Under the pieces are notes generated by a model. The model ran no database searches and was not told the DNA's origin. It saw only the letters and a list, made by a program, of their open reading frames with translations. Shown here piece by piece: positions 59,861 to 64,000 of a stretch of DNA of 64,000 nucleotides. The position numbers were made by a program, and so were the translations under genes. Source of the DNA: Chlorokybus atmophyticus (lineage: Eukaryota; Plantae; Mesostigma and Chlorokybus algae); the NCBI GenBank assembly GCA_009103225.1, contig RHPI01001737.1, forward strand, positions 186,001 through 250,000, in the 5' to 3' direction. Every line of letters starts with the position of its first letter. Within the stretch, counting starts at the first letter, position 1.

Positions 59861-62110
59861 AAGGTCAGATTGCAATGGCATTACAACGCTCATCATCAGG
59901 AACGCCTTGTGGCGCTGCAGGGACGCACACAGTCACAACCCGTGTCTCCCCACCTGCTCAAGAGGCGGCGCACACGCCTTGCGCCTCCGCCGCCTCATCC
60001 TCGTCACCCGCCGCAGCACCATGCCCCAGGCGGCCAGCCAAGCGCAAGCCTACGCTACGCCCCAACTCTCAAGCGTCAATCTCAACAGGCTTAGGGACCA
60101 CCGCCACCACCGCCCTTGTCCCAGCAATCACGGACAACCAAGCCAGCCTCCGGCGACAAGCAGCAGCAGCAGCAAGGGCGGGACGTCAACACCAGCAACA
60201 TACAACGGGACGGGACGGGTGCGTCCCGTAGGCCTAAACGCCCCCCACTGCTCCCGCCCGCGGCCAGGCGAAGTGATTGCAAGCTGTAAAAAAAACCTCA
60301 AACCTATCCGACGCCGAAACCACACTAGGTGCTGTGTTTGATTGAATCATCGGTTACGAGATAAAACTTCCTCAAGGCTAGTGATCATTTCGGTGGTAGA
60401 GGGGCGCTGCTAGTGGACACGTCGTCCAACTGGGTATCGGGTCCCTGCGCGGCGCCCGGCCCTGCCACCTCGATGACGCCAGCAGCGGCGGCGCTTGCGT
60501 CGCTTCAGCGTCGGTACATATGACAACATGCCGGGGTCATGGCCGTCGGGTAGGTAAAATGTTTCAGCCAGCGAACGCATCATCTGCGCCTCAAATACCA
60601 GGTCTTGCACTTGATTGCCAACAAAGGACCAGGCAATACCAATCTTGTGCAGATTTTTACCTCGACATCCCGTTAACCTTCGAGCTGTCCACACTGTGTC
60701 TGGAGCGCGGGCGCCGGTGCCCGCGGCCCCGTGCCACGGTGGGCGTTCCGTTGGCGCACGCTGTGGCAGGCAATCTAGCGCGATGCAAAGTTGACAGTAA
60801 CTTGCCGTAAGTTAGGCACTTACGGCCAGTTAGGCTCGGTACGCAGACTTCAAACGACCCCTGTTAGGGCAGGAAGGGCTCCCTAAGTAACTTACAACCC
60901 TTTGGAGAAAACATAATCAGTTCCCACCACCCTTAGATGGGAGTGGGAACTGACCCTTAGGCGCTGGCCCTACAAGACTCTAACAAGTTCGCAAACCCTA
61001 CCTTCTCGAGATAACTAGCACTCTAGGCGAAACAAGGGTCGTTAGAGTGCGGTGCATTTGACTCCTAACTAACGACGCCCCTCGTAAGCGGGCCGCGGGT
61101 CCTTGAGAGGGGTCGCTAAAAGTCTGAGCGTACCGACTCTAAGTTTCGTATAACTTGAGGTAGGTCGCCGCGTGACGCTGCTGCTGACATAAACGTACTC
61201 AAATAAAGTAAGTTCGTTAATAAAAACAAGTCATGCTCATCGGCAGTCTTATCAGCCTGAGACCGTGTCATTGAGCCCCATGATTGGGGCAAAAGGGGCA
61301 CACTTTAATGCACTTCGTCGGTAGTGTGCCCCTTCTTGTATAGAGTGCAATATAAACATGCAACCAAGCAGCGTCAATGTCTCTTGAAAGCGAGTTACAT
61401 TAACAGTATCTTCTTAATTGAATACCTCGTTAAAATTGAATAATAAAACGAGAATAACATGTATAACTGCATATACATGAATGTGAGACATACGTAAATG
61501 GCATATGGCCCTGTTATGGTGGCGATGTTTGCTGTTAGAGCTTGGTTATTCAAAGTTCGGTGATACGCGGCATCCTTAACTGAACAGGCGCAAATAAATT
61601 TGCATAAATGTCGATATCATGTACAATCGCTGCTCATGACATTATATGTATTTTTGTAGAATGCAATGAGAATGTATGTTACATCTTCCTGTGCGTAAAA
61701 TCAGCACAATCACTGTTGCAATAGTATCATTACCGTTGCTGGCTGTTCGCATGGTGCTGGGTAGTCAACTTAAGCAAATTTATTTGGTTACCAATATTAT
61801 TACCACTATTATGACCAAATAATGTAAAGGAGCTTAAGAAACGTGGCAAACCTATTTTATATGTTTATCAATACATTACTGCAATTTATCAATATATCGT
61901 ATGATACGAGTCCCCCCATGCATATAAGACCCATAGTTATATCGACATATTATTATTCGTACATATGATTATTGAAGTTTCAACTTCAAGCATGTACGGT
62001 ATTTCCTTCATTCTCTCGGCGGCACCTTACGCGTCGCTGCCCGACAATTGGACGCCTCTCGTGTAATCGCATTGTGTGACGGTTTAAGCGCGTGATTTAT
62101 CACGTTAACG

Positions 62111-62470
62111 CGTGACTTTGAATTTCTCGTGGACCCCTCGACGCGCTATCTTGACGACTTTCATTGGCAACCTCGTACGCACAATCCCAATCGGTGTCCA
62201 CTTTTAAAGGGCTTATCCTAGCGGCCGCGTCACCTGTGTTAAACACACCGCTGCCGTTGCGGTACAATCTCAGCTGTTACTGCACTTAATGTTACGCGCG
62301 CATGACCCGTCATGCTAGGTGCGTGACTTTCGATTTGTCGGGGAAGCCTTGCCGCGCTATGTTTATGCCTCCCATTCGAAACCTCGTACGCACAATATCA
62401 ATCGGTGTCCACTTTGAACGGCGCCTCCCGCGGCCGTGTCATGTGCGTTTAAACACATCGCGGCCGTTAA
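62111..62470. repeat. Diverged ~150-bp direct repeat pair
   Basis: GCGTGACTTT...AACCTCGTACGCACAAT..CAATCGGTGTCCACTTT...GCGGCCG.GTCA...TTAAACACA at ~62111-62260 and ~62320-62470. Confidence 0.75.
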
Positions 62471-62764
62471 CACATCAATTGACGGACGTAAAAAGACCAT
62501 GAATGGTCCGTCAAGACTGGGATGTTCTGCTGAATGAGATTAGCAGACCGTATATGGCCAAACTGTTATTAACAGTCGGACCATGCATGGTCCAAATCTC
62601 ATGTGAACGGTTCCATGTTTTGTTGGGGTCGCACCATGTATGGCCTCGTCAATTTCGATCCCGTCAGGACTAGGTAGCGTCCGGGCCGCCAACTAGAAAC
62701 CAAATCATAGGATTGTAAACATTCAATCATCATTAGGCCGAGCGGACCACAAACCAAAAGATCT

Positions 62765-62829
62765 ATATATTATAAATAGCATAGCATAGCATAGCAAATA
62801 GCATAGCAAATAGCATTAATATATATATT

Positions 62830-62860
<31 letters not shown>

Positions 62861-62912
62861 TATAAATAGCATAGCATAGCATAGCAAATAGCATAGCAAA
62901 TAGCATAAATAG
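62765..62912. repeat. Duplicated (ATAGC)n microsatellite blocks flanking an (AT)n tract
   Basis: ATATTATAAATAGCATAGCATAGCATAGCAAATAGCATAGCAAATAGCAT occurs twice. Confidence 0.9.
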
Positions 62913-63842
62913 CATTGAGAGTGAATGCACTAAAAGTGACTTGATTTTGATCCGACTGCACCGGCCACATCGGCCTTTTGGCGCACGCGGCGTTTCTGAA
63001 ATGATTAGCCCTATAAACAAATGGGAAGATCAAACAATTAAAAGCCAAATACTCAAATCATTAGTGGTGAAGGCTTGTGCCAATATTGGCACAAGCTGTT
63101 ACTTGTATGCCACTACTGGCACAGCGTTTGTGCCATTATGTCTATGGATTATGAACCAGTAATGGCATAATTAGTGCCAGTACTGGCACAAGTTTTTTGT
63201 AGGTTGCCGGTACTGGCACAAGTATTTCGTGCCAGTATTGGGATGGGGCGCAGGACCCATTTGTATAAATATGTATATATGTAAATATGTGCAATTACTC
63301 ATATATGTATATTATTCACCAATTTTATATATGTACGCATACACACTTCCCCAGAGTTTTAAAAGTTATAACAGCTAATAAGGCGCCTAACGGGGACTCG
63401 CATATTTTAAAATCATCGCGTATTTGTGCCAGCATTAAAACTTGAATAATATAGTGCCATGTATGGCACAAGACCACAAAGACCCCAAGACCGGCATAAA
63501 CCCAAGTCTGAAGGTTTTTAGGGGTTTCAAGACCCGGCGGGTTAGGTTTAGGATCCGGTAAATACGAACTCCCTCTGCACCTATTGGATAAGTTCTGAGT
63601 GACTGAACGTAGTCGGTGCTTATCCCCTTCGTTATAGCCTACAACCAACAACTTGTAGGTTAAATCTCGACCGAGATTAAATCGCTCCGTGCGAACTGAC
63701 TCGCTTAATCAGCACTACCGTTGCTTGGAGTCATTGGTTAGTGCCACTGACAGTGAGTGACTGTAACTTGTAACTTGTAATTTGTAAGTTACAAGTTACA
63801 GATTTCCCGCCCGCCAATACCGTATTTACTTGAACTGAAAAG

Positions 63843-64000
<158 letters not shown>

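Noticed and set aside
60921-60952. Second piggyBac end (CCCTTAGATGGGA, 11/13 match to the TIR) inside a 10-bp hairpin
   Set aside because: No adjacent TTAA and no partner TIR in the window.

Overview
Eukaryotic, intron-rich genomic window from a green-lineage organism, most likely a streptophyte alga (inferred from plant-type RIK, eIF2B-delta, secreted-type xylose isomerase and plastid transit peptides). About 11 spliced host genes are present: EIF1AD (partial), RIK-like KH protein, purM, a SOUL protein, ribH, xylA, a CA1Pase-like histidine phosphatase, a PPPDE-like peptidase, eIF2B-delta, an unknown coiled-coil protein and an unknown zinc-finger/TPR-like protein. Several are arranged head-to-head. 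Two related, decayed chromodomain-bearing Ty3/Gypsy LTR retrotransposons interrupt the genes (18479-29694, TSD ATTAC; 48834-54205, TSD TCGCC). The first contains three nested insertions: a 257-bp foreign fragment, a 3.3-kb piggyBac with an intron-containing transposase, and a 621-bp TRIM. Most notable: both Gypsy copies end gag with an in-frame UAG-G that leads directly into an extra ~110-aa domain before the protease, and this domain resembles a degenerate Dam-like N6-adenine methyltransferase (NVPF in place of NPPF). Three N gaps and a terminal poly-C run limit what can be seen. Exon boundaries and family assignments were made by eye and from memory, not by database search.
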